DNA from: Fidelibacterota bacterium
Lineage (GTDB): Bacteria; Fidelibacterota; Marinisomatia; Marinisomatales; UBA1611
DNA length: 62,901 nucleotides
Reading direction: 5' to 3'
Assembly (NCBI GenBank): GCA_028101095.1
Contig: JAOHKG010000003.1
Coordinates: 1 to 62,901 of the forward strand
Part shown: positions 51,992 to 60,334 of the stretch, one piece after another
Layout: each line of letters begins with the position of its first letter
How positions within the stretch are numbered: the stretch's first letter is position 1
The notes under the pieces: generated by a model
What the model was told of the DNA's origin: nothing
What the model saw: only the letters and a program-made list of their open reading frames with translations
The model's database searches: none
Position numbers and translations under genes: made by a program

Positions 51992-53152
51992 TTATTTTCT
52001 TCCATATTTCATATGTGCGTCCGTCCAAGTGTGTGAACCAATAGCACAAATTAGAGAAATCTCTAGAGCCAATGCGGAACCAGCAATTATTTCTGCTAGT
52101 TTCCTTGAGGAATGTTCTCCTTCATTACAGCCAAGAAGTTCTAAGTTTTTGTTTTGCATTTTAAGGCGGGTTCCGCCACCAATTGTTCCAACTGTTAATG
52201 ATGGAAGTGTTAGTTTAAACTTCAGCCCGTCTTCTCTTTTTTCTATACCAATATGAGCGATGCTGTTTTCTGCTACACATGCAGCATCTTGTCCAGTCGC
52301 CAAATAAATAGCTGTTAATGCATTAGAGACGTGCAGTCCGTTTCCATGCGTTCCCGCCATGCTAGATACAATGGGGAAAAAACTCCAGGAATCAAATAAA
52401 ATATCAGGATCCATTTTTAAAACTCTTTTCATCACACTATTCTTAATGGTTGTTTCTGCCGTAACCGCATGTCCGCGACCGAGTAGCATATTTCGAACAG
52501 AGGCTTTTTTATCACTGTTTAAATTTGATTCTAAAATATAATTCTGATTTGTTTTCTTCTGAATAAATTCGCAAGCTACCTGGGCTGCAAGTGTAACCAT
52601 ATTCTGCCCAGCTGCGTTGCTCGTGTTTAATACAATATCGAGTATTACATAGTTTTGTACTGTATATTGATCTATCCTTAAAACTTTACCGTGGCTTGTA
52701 GTGCTTTCGGCAACATTTATAATTTCTTTTTCATTCGCTTTCACCCAGTTCTGAAACTTCATGCTTTCATCAATATTGTCAAAAATAAAAACTGGAGCAC
52801 GAGAAAGCTCTTGTCTAAAGTGGCGCGCAACAGTTCCACCGCTAATATTTGCAGCATAAATACCACGATTCATTGACATCGACAAAGTTCCTTCAAGAGT
52901 ACAAAGAGGTATACAAAACTCACCCTGAGCATAAGCACCATCTAGAGAAAGTGGTCCGACAACAGACATAGGAACCTGCATAAAACCAACATGGTTTTCA
53001 ATAATTCCCTGAAGGTCTTCTGCGTTATCCCGACTTGTGTCATCAATTTCTACACCAGAAAACTGTTTAACCCATTCTTTTCTAGCATCTGTATCTTCTT
53101 GTTTGTAGCCCCTGGGAATAGAAACATTTCGTTCATTGTTTTGATCAGACAT
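51992..53152 (-). CDS. HMG-CoA reductase-like NAD(P)H thioester reductase (catalytic domain only)
   Basis: ENHVGFMQVPMSVVGPL, TLEGTLSMSMNRG, SDKK, GQDAAC, TVGTIGGGT and C-terminal His, laid out as in class I HMGR. The cofactor block reads NAAGQNM instead of DAMGxNM. Confidence 0.75.
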   Translation of the reverse strand: MSDQNNERNVSIPRGYKQEDTDARKEWVKQFSGVEIDDTSRDNAEDLQGIIENHVGFMQVPMSVVGPLSLDGAYAQGEFCIPLCTLEGTLSMSMNRGIYAANISGGTVARHFRQELSRAPVFIFDNIDESMKFQNWVKANEKEIINVAESTTSHGKVLRIDQYTVQNYVILDIVLNTSNAAGQNMVTLAAQVACEFIQKKTNQNYILESNLNSDKKASVRNMLLGRGHAVTAETTIKNSVMKRVLKMDPDILFDSWSFFPIVSSMAGTHGNGLHVSNALTAIYLATGQDAACVAENSIAHIGIEKREDGLKFKLTLPSLTVGTIGGGTRLKMQNKNLELLGCNEGEHSSRKLAEIIAGSALALEISLICAIGSHTWTDAHMKYGRK

Positions 53153-53307
53153 ATTTAAGTTTTTTCTTTGATTTAATTAAAAGTTAACATTTATCGATTC
53201 TTTTACCCAACAGAGCACTTCACGATATATAAATATACAGGAATGAATAAAGATTTTCCAACATAAATACGGGTTATAAAAAACAGTTTCAAGGTTAAGA
53301 ATTAAGG

Positions 53308-54348
53308 TTAATACCTTCTGTTTTTATTTTGATTTTTATCAAAAACAGGTTCTCCTGTTTCTGGGTCAAACTCTACACCCGAGGACTTTTTTTTAATAGG
53401 GATTCCTGTTTCTGGATTAAACTCTAACCCCGAAGGTGGCTTTTTAATAGGGTCTCCCGATTCTGGATCAAACTCTAACACCGGGTTTATTTTAGGTCTT
53501 GGCAGTGGAGTAAGTTGGTTTCCCTTTTTTAAACTAGTGTTAAAAAAGTTAAAACCCAAGCTAGCACTTATTGTCGGGTATTTTTCCGCCACACTAATAT
53601 CATATACACCTTTTAAATTCAAAAACTTAGAACTAAGTAGAGAAGCATCTATTTGAAGAGTAGTAGAAGTGTTCATTCCAAAAAGGCTAAAAATAGAACT
53701 GAAATTTTCTACTCCGAGAGTAATTCCAACCCCCTTCATTAAAAAGTTATAAGAAGCTCCTTGATACCTCTCCGGTTCCTGTGAACCGTAGGTAAAGATA
53801 CTGTGTAACCCTCCATAAAAAGGGTTTTTCTTAGACGTTGTTGTTTTAATGGATTGAATTGAATGAATCGCGGTACCAATTTCAACATTTTTATTTAGTT
53901 CAATATTTATTCCAGCTTTGAAGGGTCTCCGGTTTTTTGAATTTATATATTTTTTGTACTCGAGACCAACATGCCACGCGAATGGACTCCCGCCCCCTAC
54001 ACCAACTCCACCAGATAAACCAGCTTCTGAATTTTTATACCCCTTTAATATTGACATTTCTCCTCTTAAGCCTGCTAATCCAGTATTGACACTTAATCCT
54101 TGATATGAACCATTATTCCAATAATAATTATAAGAATAATTTTCACTGGGAGATATATACCCAAGATTTCCTTCGGGAGCGATGTTCAAAGACCCATTAA
54201 AGGATGTTGCTTTTTCCCCTTCTTCCAATATTTTTGACGTTCTGATATGGGAATTATTATAACAACCAGAAAGTATAAACAAAAAAAGCGGAAAAAGAAG
54301 AATCCTTTTTATCAACTTAGCTGGCAAAAATAATATATGAAACCACAT
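53308..54348 (-). CDS. Hypothetical lipoprotein, Gly-rich barrel-like, with C-terminal EFDPETG repeats
   Basis: Lipobox LSGC, alternating Gly/aromatic strands, three tandem repeats at the C-terminus. Confidence 0.6.
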   Translation of the reverse strand: MWFHILFLPAKLIKRILLFPLFLFILSGCYNNSHIRTSKILEEGEKATSFNGSLNIAPEGNLGYISPSENYSYNYYWNNGSYQGLSVNTGLAGLRGEMSILKGYKNSEAGLSGGVGVGGGSPFAWHVGLEYKKYINSKNRRPFKAGINIELNKNVEIGTAIHSIQSIKTTTSKKNPFYGGLHSIFTYGSQEPERYQGASYNFLMKGVGITLGVENFSSIFSLFGMNTSTTLQIDASLLSSKFLNLKGVYDISVAEKYPTISASLGFNFFNTSLKKGNQLTPLPRPKINPVLEFDPESGDPIKKPPSGLEFNPETGIPIKKKSSGVEFDPETGEPVFDKNQNKNRRY

Positions 54349-55228
54349 AGACTACGAACCCTGGAATTATAAGATATTCAGGTTTTCGCTTAAGGGTTAT
54401 AGACGGTCCAAACATTTCTATATATTCAAGATAGTTCAATGGATTTGCGATAGCCTCATCATATTCTTGTTGTGATATTATGTTTGTTTCTAGCAATTCT
54501 ACTGGTGACCGGCCATCAACAATTTTTACGAATTGTTTTTTTGTTATTTGTCCGGAGTAATATCTTTGATATACCCCTTCTCGAGGTTTTCTTTTACCCT
54601 TTTTAGTTTTTTCAATAAAATGTTTATTCTCTAATATTTTTTCTATCTCATCTTGAACCAACGCACGGATTTCTTTCTCTGTTAGATAGCGTTTTTCGGA
54701 TTCTTCTTTTTTTACGTCATCAATTTTGGTGTCTAAACCTGGAAAGTCTGGGTTTAATATGTTTGTTTTTGGTACAACTTCTTTGCTTGGGCTCTCAATC
54801 AAAGGTTTGGTTGTTTTAGTTATGTTTTCAACGTCTTCTTTTGGTTTTTTTTGGATTACAGTCTTTTTTTCAGCTTCTTTCTGCTTCTTTTCTCGAAGTA
54901 AAGTTGTATTAAAAACATCTGGGATGTTTGCTACCCATTCACCGGTCATTGGATCCAGCTCAGGTGGGAAAAGAATTTCTTCTGAAAGAGTGTTTTCATC
55001 GCAATTATAAGATAGAATTAAGCCTGAATTAGATTTCACAATTTCAATACTTTCGCAAGAGAAATATTCAATTTTATCATCGATTAAAACGTGAATGTGG
55101 TTCATATATGTACCCAAAAACTCACCACGAACTGTTTCCTTTTTTTCTTTAAAGAAAAAATTAACTTCAGTAGCAAACCCAATGCTTAGATTGAAAAAAA
55201 TAAAAATAAGCCACTTTGTTTTAACCAT
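54317..55228 (-). CDS. Hypothetical envelope protein (signal peptide, Lys/Glu-rich linker, C-terminal TM anchor)
   Basis: 303 aa. N-terminal hydrophobic segment, small beta motif, DPMTGEW, charged coil, terminal helix YLIIPGFVVYVVSYIIFAS. Confidence 0.55.
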   Translation of the reverse strand: MVKTKWLIFIFFNLSIGFATEVNFFFKEKKETVRGEFLGTYMNHIHVLIDDKIEYFSCESIEIVKSNSGLILSYNCDENTLSEEILFPPELDPMTGEWVANIPDVFNTTLLREKKQKEAEKKTVIQKKPKEDVENITKTTKPLIESPSKEVVPKTNILNPDFPGLDTKIDDVKKEESEKRYLTEKEIRALVQDEIEKILENKHFIEKTKKGKRKPREGVYQRYYSGQITKKQFVKIVDGRSPVELLETNIISQQEYDEAIANPLNYLEYIEMFGPSITLKRKPEYLIIPGFVVYVVSYIIFAS

Positions 55229-55694
55229 ACGTCTTGCCTGAAATATCTATTTTTAAAGGTTTATAAAAAGTATTTCTTCCAAGTAAAGCACCCAAAGTTG
55301 CCCCAACAAAAGTAAAAACTTTTTCGTGTTGATCACTAAAACTTTCTTTGGAAACAATAAGGGTTAAATATCCAATAGCACCCCCAAAAACGGATACACT
55401 TGTTGCCAAAAAAAACTCTGCTTTTTGAGGGACAATAAGTACGTAATCAATATTATTGTGGCTAAAGAGATTGTGGTTTATTCCATCCGAAACAATAAAA
55501 CTTTCAGGTGTTACAGTGACGAGTTCTCCCTGAACCTCCATCTTACCGGGTCCAACAAAACGAATTGTCTTTCCAGAATAGTTGTTTTTGAAATTTTCTA
55601 AGCGCGTAATTTTTACAGACTCAGAACGCAAAGCGGTCTGGGAAAAGATAAGTGACATAAAAACTATCGCAATAAATATTATTTTTAAAGTCAT
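55221..55694 (-). CDS. Hypothetical small envelope protein with glycine-zipper helices
   Basis: 157 aa. Signal peptide, small beta motif, GGAIGY and GATLGALLG glycine zippers. Confidence 0.55.
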   Translation of the reverse strand: MTLKIIFIAIVFMSLIFSQTALRSESVKITRLENFKNNYSGKTIRFVGPGKMEVQGELVTVTPESFIVSDGINHNLFSHNNIDYVLIVPQKAEFFLATSVSVFGGAIGYLTLIVSKESFSDQHEKVFTFVGATLGALLGRNTFYKPLKIDISGKTYG

Positions 55695-55705
55695 ACTAAG
55701 CTTTT

Positions 55706-57214
55706 CTAAAACTCAAAAAACTCCCAATAAAAATCTATATAAGGTTGTTGAAAATGAAGACCAATCTTAAAAGTTTCATTGAGGGTGTATTGTAAGCCAA
55801 AATCAAAATCCACCATACTTACGCTTCCAGCTGCAGACTCTAAAGAAAAAGCGGCTGTTCCATCATCGCCTAAATAATCTGAGGCTAAATCAGAAAAGTT
55901 CATTGCTCGGTACCCATTGTCTATCCATGCAGACCCTAAAAACTTTAAATCTTTTCTTAAGTCATATTCTAGAGAAGCCCAGGCGCGAAAAGGAACTTTA
56001 TATAGTTTTTCCGTACTCCAGCTTACAACACGTTCGCTTCCACCAATATTAACAGAAGGTTTAAGAAACTCATTTCTATCCAGAAAAGCATTTGAGGCTT
56101 TTATTCCTGTTGACCAACCAATTTTTCCTCTTCCAGTTGGATTAACCCTCCTTGATGAAAAAACAAGATAAGCTTCTATGTAGAAACGATCAGCATTGAC
56201 AGATTCATTTGTTACATCCGTTACACTAATATCTTTCATGGAGCCTTTAAGTTCATTTAATGGAATCGGTTCGCTTTCACCTTCTGCATTTTCACTATCA
56301 ATAGTTATAGCATGCGCATACCTAGAGACAATACTTTCAGCTGGATATTTTCTATGAAGACCAAGCCCCCAAGATGCTGCAACTTCTTTTTGAGCTGATT
56401 TTTTATGATAAAATCGCATTCTAGGATGAAGGTTTAGGTCGTTATTAAAATTTGAACCAATTTTAGAAGTTATCATAAACCTATCTGTTAATCCATACCC
56501 AATAGACAAGCCACTAAGATAAAAAGTGTTTCCTGCTAGTGGAAAAGCTGTAGGGTCTAAAAAAACATTTATCAGTTTAGATTCACCTTGGTAAAACTTT
56601 GTTCTTTCTTCAGATTTTCTATCTAAAACTCCACCATGGTAGCGTTTCATTTTTTGAATATCTCTTTTCTGAACAACAGCATCGCCGTATTGTGTTCTTA
56701 TAACAAACTCTTCTGCTGTTTCGCCCAGAACAGAACCAATAAAAAACTCACCGTTTTTATTCGTTATTTCTGCTGATTCTTCAAGAAACTGCTCAGAGGG
56801 AATGTTGAATGTTCCACTTGAAGTCTTTAATCTAATAACTTCATTTTCAATTGATAAAATCTCACCCTCTCTAATGGTTCCATCTAAAAAATGAAACCGT
56901 TTTTGCATACCAGTTTCTAGAGAAGTAGCAACCGTTAAATCTCTTTTTATTGTTTTTGTTGTTTCTTTTTCTACTGGTTTTTTAATGCTTTGGCTTTGAA
57001 AGCCTTTTATTACTTCTGCGCCTTGCATGCGGTTCAAATCGTCAAGAGGCGCACCATATTGACTCAGCAAATGGTTGTACAAGTCTTGACTAGAAAAACC
57101 TGCGCTAGCAGAAAGAGATTCTATTGCCGTTTTTTGACCAGGGAGAATGTTTCCCGACTGACTTAATAAAAAAGATGAAAGAAAAAATACCAATATAGAA
57201 TAGATTGGTTTCAT
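55706..57214 (-). CDS. Hypothetical outer-membrane beta-barrel protein with N-terminal soluble repeats
   Basis: 502 aa. Signal peptide, two small beta motifs, about 300-aa alternating-strand region ending ...YWEFFEF (terminal Phe). Confidence 0.6.
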   Translation of the reverse strand: MKPIYSILVFFLSSFLLSQSGNILPGQKTAIESLSASAGFSSQDLYNHLLSQYGAPLDDLNRMQGAEVIKGFQSQSIKKPVEKETTKTIKRDLTVATSLETGMQKRFHFLDGTIREGEILSIENEVIRLKTSSGTFNIPSEQFLEESAEITNKNGEFFIGSVLGETAEEFVIRTQYGDAVVQKRDIQKMKRYHGGVLDRKSEERTKFYQGESKLINVFLDPTAFPLAGNTFYLSGLSIGYGLTDRFMITSKIGSNFNNDLNLHPRMRFYHKKSAQKEVAASWGLGLHRKYPAESIVSRYAHAITIDSENAEGESEPIPLNELKGSMKDISVTDVTNESVNADRFYIEAYLVFSSRRVNPTGRGKIGWSTGIKASNAFLDRNEFLKPSVNIGGSERVVSWSTEKLYKVPFRAWASLEYDLRKDLKFLGSAWIDNGYRAMNFSDLASDYLGDDGTAAFSLESAAGSVSMVDFDFGLQYTLNETFKIGLHFQQPYIDFYWEFFEF

Positions 57215-57369
57215 AATAATGGTTCCCCTAGTTAAGGTTTTTGTTTTATCTTGTTGTTTTAAACTTAAAACTAAAAAATAACAAAAGCCTTTTTATTATT
57301 GCAACAGGCTTAAGCTATGATTAACTTTAATTAAGTAAAAGTTAAAAAACAAGGGCAATTTAATAAATA

Positions 57370-58068
57370 GTGAAAAACACTACAGAAATAATTAACGACT
57401 TGATGGAGCTACGCGGCATGAAAAGAAAGCGAGACGTTGCTCAGTACTTTGGTGTTAGCCCTCAGGCATTAAGCATTTGGATCGCAAAAGATCAAATACC
57501 TCCTAAGCATTTATTAAAACTATCAAGGCAGGAAAAAATGGAAAGCATTTCTCGTTCTACTTCTTACAATAAGCTCAATAATACAGAAACAACAGATGAG
57601 CTAGAGACAGTAGTTAACTATTTAATGAAAGAAAACTTAAGGTTAAAAGAGGAGTTGAGGGAGTTTAAATCAAAACAAAAAACCTCTGACACATCAAACA
57701 ACCAAGGTGTGTTTGATAAAATTATAGCAGACTCGCTCTATATTTCGGGGAAAGTTTCTGATGGAATTATTACTGAAATTGATGGAAGTTGGGAAAAAAT
57801 AATGGGATACAAACCAAATAATCTGGTCGGGAAATCTTATGATAGGGATGATTTAATTCACCCAGATGATTTAAAAGCAGCAAAAAAAATACAAGAAAAA
57901 CTAAAAAACTCTGAATCAATCACTTTCTCTAAATATAGTACTATACAAAGATGGAAGAACGGCGAAACTGGAAAATATATAATGTTGAGTATGGTTTGGG
58001 ATATTAATGTAAATGAGGATCTTGCATTAATAGTTTGTAAACCAATTGATGGGTTCATTTCGGATTAA
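57370..58068 (+). CDS. HTH (phage CI-repressor-like) / coiled-coil / PAS regulator
   Basis: KRDVAQYFGVSPQALSIWIAKDQIPPKHLL helix-turn-helix, LKEELREFK coil, PAS-like GIITEIDGSWEKIMGYKPNNLVGKSY. GTG start. Confidence 0.65.
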   Translation: MKNTTEIINDLMELRGMKRKRDVAQYFGVSPQALSIWIAKDQIPPKHLLKLSRQEKMESISRSTSYNKLNNTETTDELETVVNYLMKENLRLKEELREFKSKQKTSDTSNNQGVFDKIIADSLYISGKVSDGIITEIDGSWEKIMGYKPNNLVGKSYDRDDLIHPDDLKAAKKIQEKLKNSESITFSKYSTIQRWKNGETGKYIMLSMVWDINVNEDLALIVCKPIDGFISD

Positions 58069-58077
58069 AATAAGTTT

Positions 58078-58485
58078 ATGGGGGCAATTCTATTTGCCGG
58101 TTTAATTAGGGTCTCATTTGTATTGAGTGAGGGTAAAAGCAATGCCCCCAAAAAATTAGAGTTAGAAGATAAAAAAGGAGCAAGAAGTTTAATTAAAATT
58201 AATAATCTCCGAGATGAGAATGTAATGAAAAAAATAAATAGAATAGGAATCCGATTCTCAGTTTGATCCTCTTGTAGGAATCATTGGTGGTATGGTGTAG
58301 AATATTTTATTTCTGAGCAATTTTCTTTGGGCGGTGAAGTCTCAATGAACTTTGTAATGAACGAATGGAAAAATGAAAACCAAGACGAATACGATTATGA
58401 TGATAACGAAAATATATCAGAGGACTGTAGGTTAACTCCTGGAGTAGTTCTTATTCAATTTATTTTTAATTATTATTTTGATTGA
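58078..58485 (+). pseudogene. Possible small outer-membrane barrel remnant split by an in-frame TGA
   Basis: The 62-aa ORF ends at TGA 58264-58266. The same frame continues ...WWYGVEYFISEQFSLGGEVSMNF...GVVLIQFIFNYYFD, and its TGA overlaps the next ATG (TGATG). Confidence 0.3.
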
Positions 58486-59441
58486 TGAATATTTTTAACG
58501 ATATCCTATTTGCTGTAACAAGAGAGGATTATAAAATAGAGCATCAAACAATAATAGAAAGAAACTATAAAAAAATTCTTACAGTTTGTTCAGGTGGTTG
58601 CACGCCACTGTCATTGAAAGCATTATCAAAAAACTTGATGGTAACCGCATTTGACATTAACCCACATCAATTAATACATTTGAATAATAAAACTAAGCTC
58701 ACCCAGACAAAAAAATTAAAACAATTAAATGCAGGCTTTAAAGGTGATATGGCTCTTAATCAATGTGGGAAATTTGAAAAAATGTTCCAAGTTTTTAGAG
58801 TTTCATTTATTAAAAATATAACTACTGAATCTGAAATAGAAGAACTCTTCAATCTCAAAACTGAGGAGAAAAAGAGAAATTATATCATATTAAGTTGGTT
58901 AAAGAACTCGAATATTAAAACCCCTTTTAAAAAAGTGTTTAACGATGAAGTAATAGAATCAATCTTTAGTAAGCGGGCAACGCAACATGCTACTCCAGGT
59001 ACGTATATTGAGTATTTTTTTAATAAGATAATGAATTCTTTTAAATCGAATAATTTTTACAAAAACCCTTTTCTACAGCACATTTTTTTAGGATATTATT
59101 TGAAAGAAAGTTTTATGCCATACATTAATTATCAAAAAGAATTAAAGATCAAAACCGTTCTTGGTACTGTTCATGATGTTCCCAATATTGAAACATATGA
59201 TTTGGTCAGCCTATCTAATCTGTTCGATTGGTGTGATACACAGTTTGTAAAGCAATGTGCATCGTACTTATCTAAGCTTAGATCCGGATCAGGTATTATT
59301 CTAAGGCAGCTAAACAATGACAAAAACTGGTATCCTATTTTTAAAAATCAATTTGAAGAAGACACTTCATTCAATACTTATTGGAAAAAAAATGATAGGA
59401 GCATGTTTTACGATCATTTTAGACTTTTCATAAAAAAATGA
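58485..59441 (+). CDS. BtaA-like (DUF3419) SAM-dependent 3-amino-3-carboxypropyl-transferase family protein
   Basis: FAVTREDY..., ILTVCSGGCTPLSL, AFDINPHQLIHLN, LSNLFDWCD blocks as in BtaA. It is shorter (318 aa) than BtaA. The track starts it at TTG 58482. Confidence 0.65.
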   Translation: MNIFNDILFAVTREDYKIEHQTIIERNYKKILTVCSGGCTPLSLKALSKNLMVTAFDINPHQLIHLNNKTKLTQTKKLKQLNAGFKGDMALNQCGKFEKMFQVFRVSFIKNITTESEIEELFNLKTEEKKRNYIILSWLKNSNIKTPFKKVFNDEVIESIFSKRATQHATPGTYIEYFFNKIMNSFKSNNFYKNPFLQHIFLGYYLKESFMPYINYQKELKIKTVLGTVHDVPNIETYDLVSLSNLFDWCDTQFVKQCASYLSKLRSGSGIILRQLNNDKNWYPIFKNQFEEDTSFNTYWKKNDRSMFYDHFRLFIKK

Positions 59442-60334
59442 ATTTATTATTTCAAGTTTGCGATGAAGAAGGCTTATCTAAATACGTCCAAGAATTAAAA
59501 GAGATCGAAGAAAATATCTTATATCCTTTAGAAAATGGCGCAGAATCATTTAGAATAAGTCACGGAAAGATGTACACTCCATTTTTTACAAATCAAGGCT
59601 ATAAAACAAGGTTTCTTGTAATAAAAGATGGGCAAAAAGTTATAGGTGGGATTGTTGCTATTTGGAAAAACATAACAATATCAAATCAAATACATAAACT
59701 TCTATATGTTGCAGATTTAAAATTAAAAAAAGGTTATAGAGGGAAAGGTGTTATTAAAAGAAGTCTTTCTTACTTATTTATAAGATGGCCTTTTATAAAA
59801 AACTTTCAAGGGTGGGATTTAATATACTTTTGTGCAATGCAAAGACGAGAAGTTGGAGTAGATAAAACGTTTAAAGGGATGCACTTAGGAAGGTTGGCAA
59901 AACCAGTTGCTGAACTTTTTATATATATGGTTGACCCAAAGTTATTTTCGGATCATAATTTTTCTAGACTAGAGTACAGACCCTTAAAACATATAAATTT
60001 GAGCCAAGATCGGGAAAAAAATGTTCTTTGGAACGATGGAATAAAAGATATTATTTCAAATAAAAACGGGCAGAAAATCAAACTTGGGCACTTAAACCCA
60101 GAAATATTTATCAAGTTAAATAAAAAAAAATTTGATGATGCGATCAAAGAAATAAAAGAGAAAACAGGTAGTTTAGCTTGTTTTTCGATTGATACAAAAG
60201 AACAAGAAAAACTAGATTGGCTTAAAGAAATGGGCTTACAATCAGAGACAAAATGTAAAATATTTTCATTCAGTCCTTTCTCATTTGGATCTATTAAATC
60301 TAATACATTTTATATATCAACAGGAGAAATATAA
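59438..60334 (+). CDS. Hypothetical protein with GNAT-like acyltransferase core
   Basis: VIGGIVAIW...LLYVADLKLKKGYRGKGVIKRSL resembles GNAT motif A. ATGA overlap with the upstream gene. Confidence 0.45.
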   Translation: MNLLFQVCDEEGLSKYVQELKEIEENILYPLENGAESFRISHGKMYTPFFTNQGYKTRFLVIKDGQKVIGGIVAIWKNITISNQIHKLLYVADLKLKKGYRGKGVIKRSLSYLFIRWPFIKNFQGWDLIYFCAMQRREVGVDKTFKGMHLGRLAKPVAELFIYMVDPKLFSDHNFSRLEYRPLKHINLSQDREKNVLWNDGIKDIISNKNGQKIKLGHLNPEIFIKLNKKKFDDAIKEIKEKTGSLACFSIDTKEQEKLDWLKEMGLQSETKCKIFSFSPFSFGSIKSNTFYISTGEI

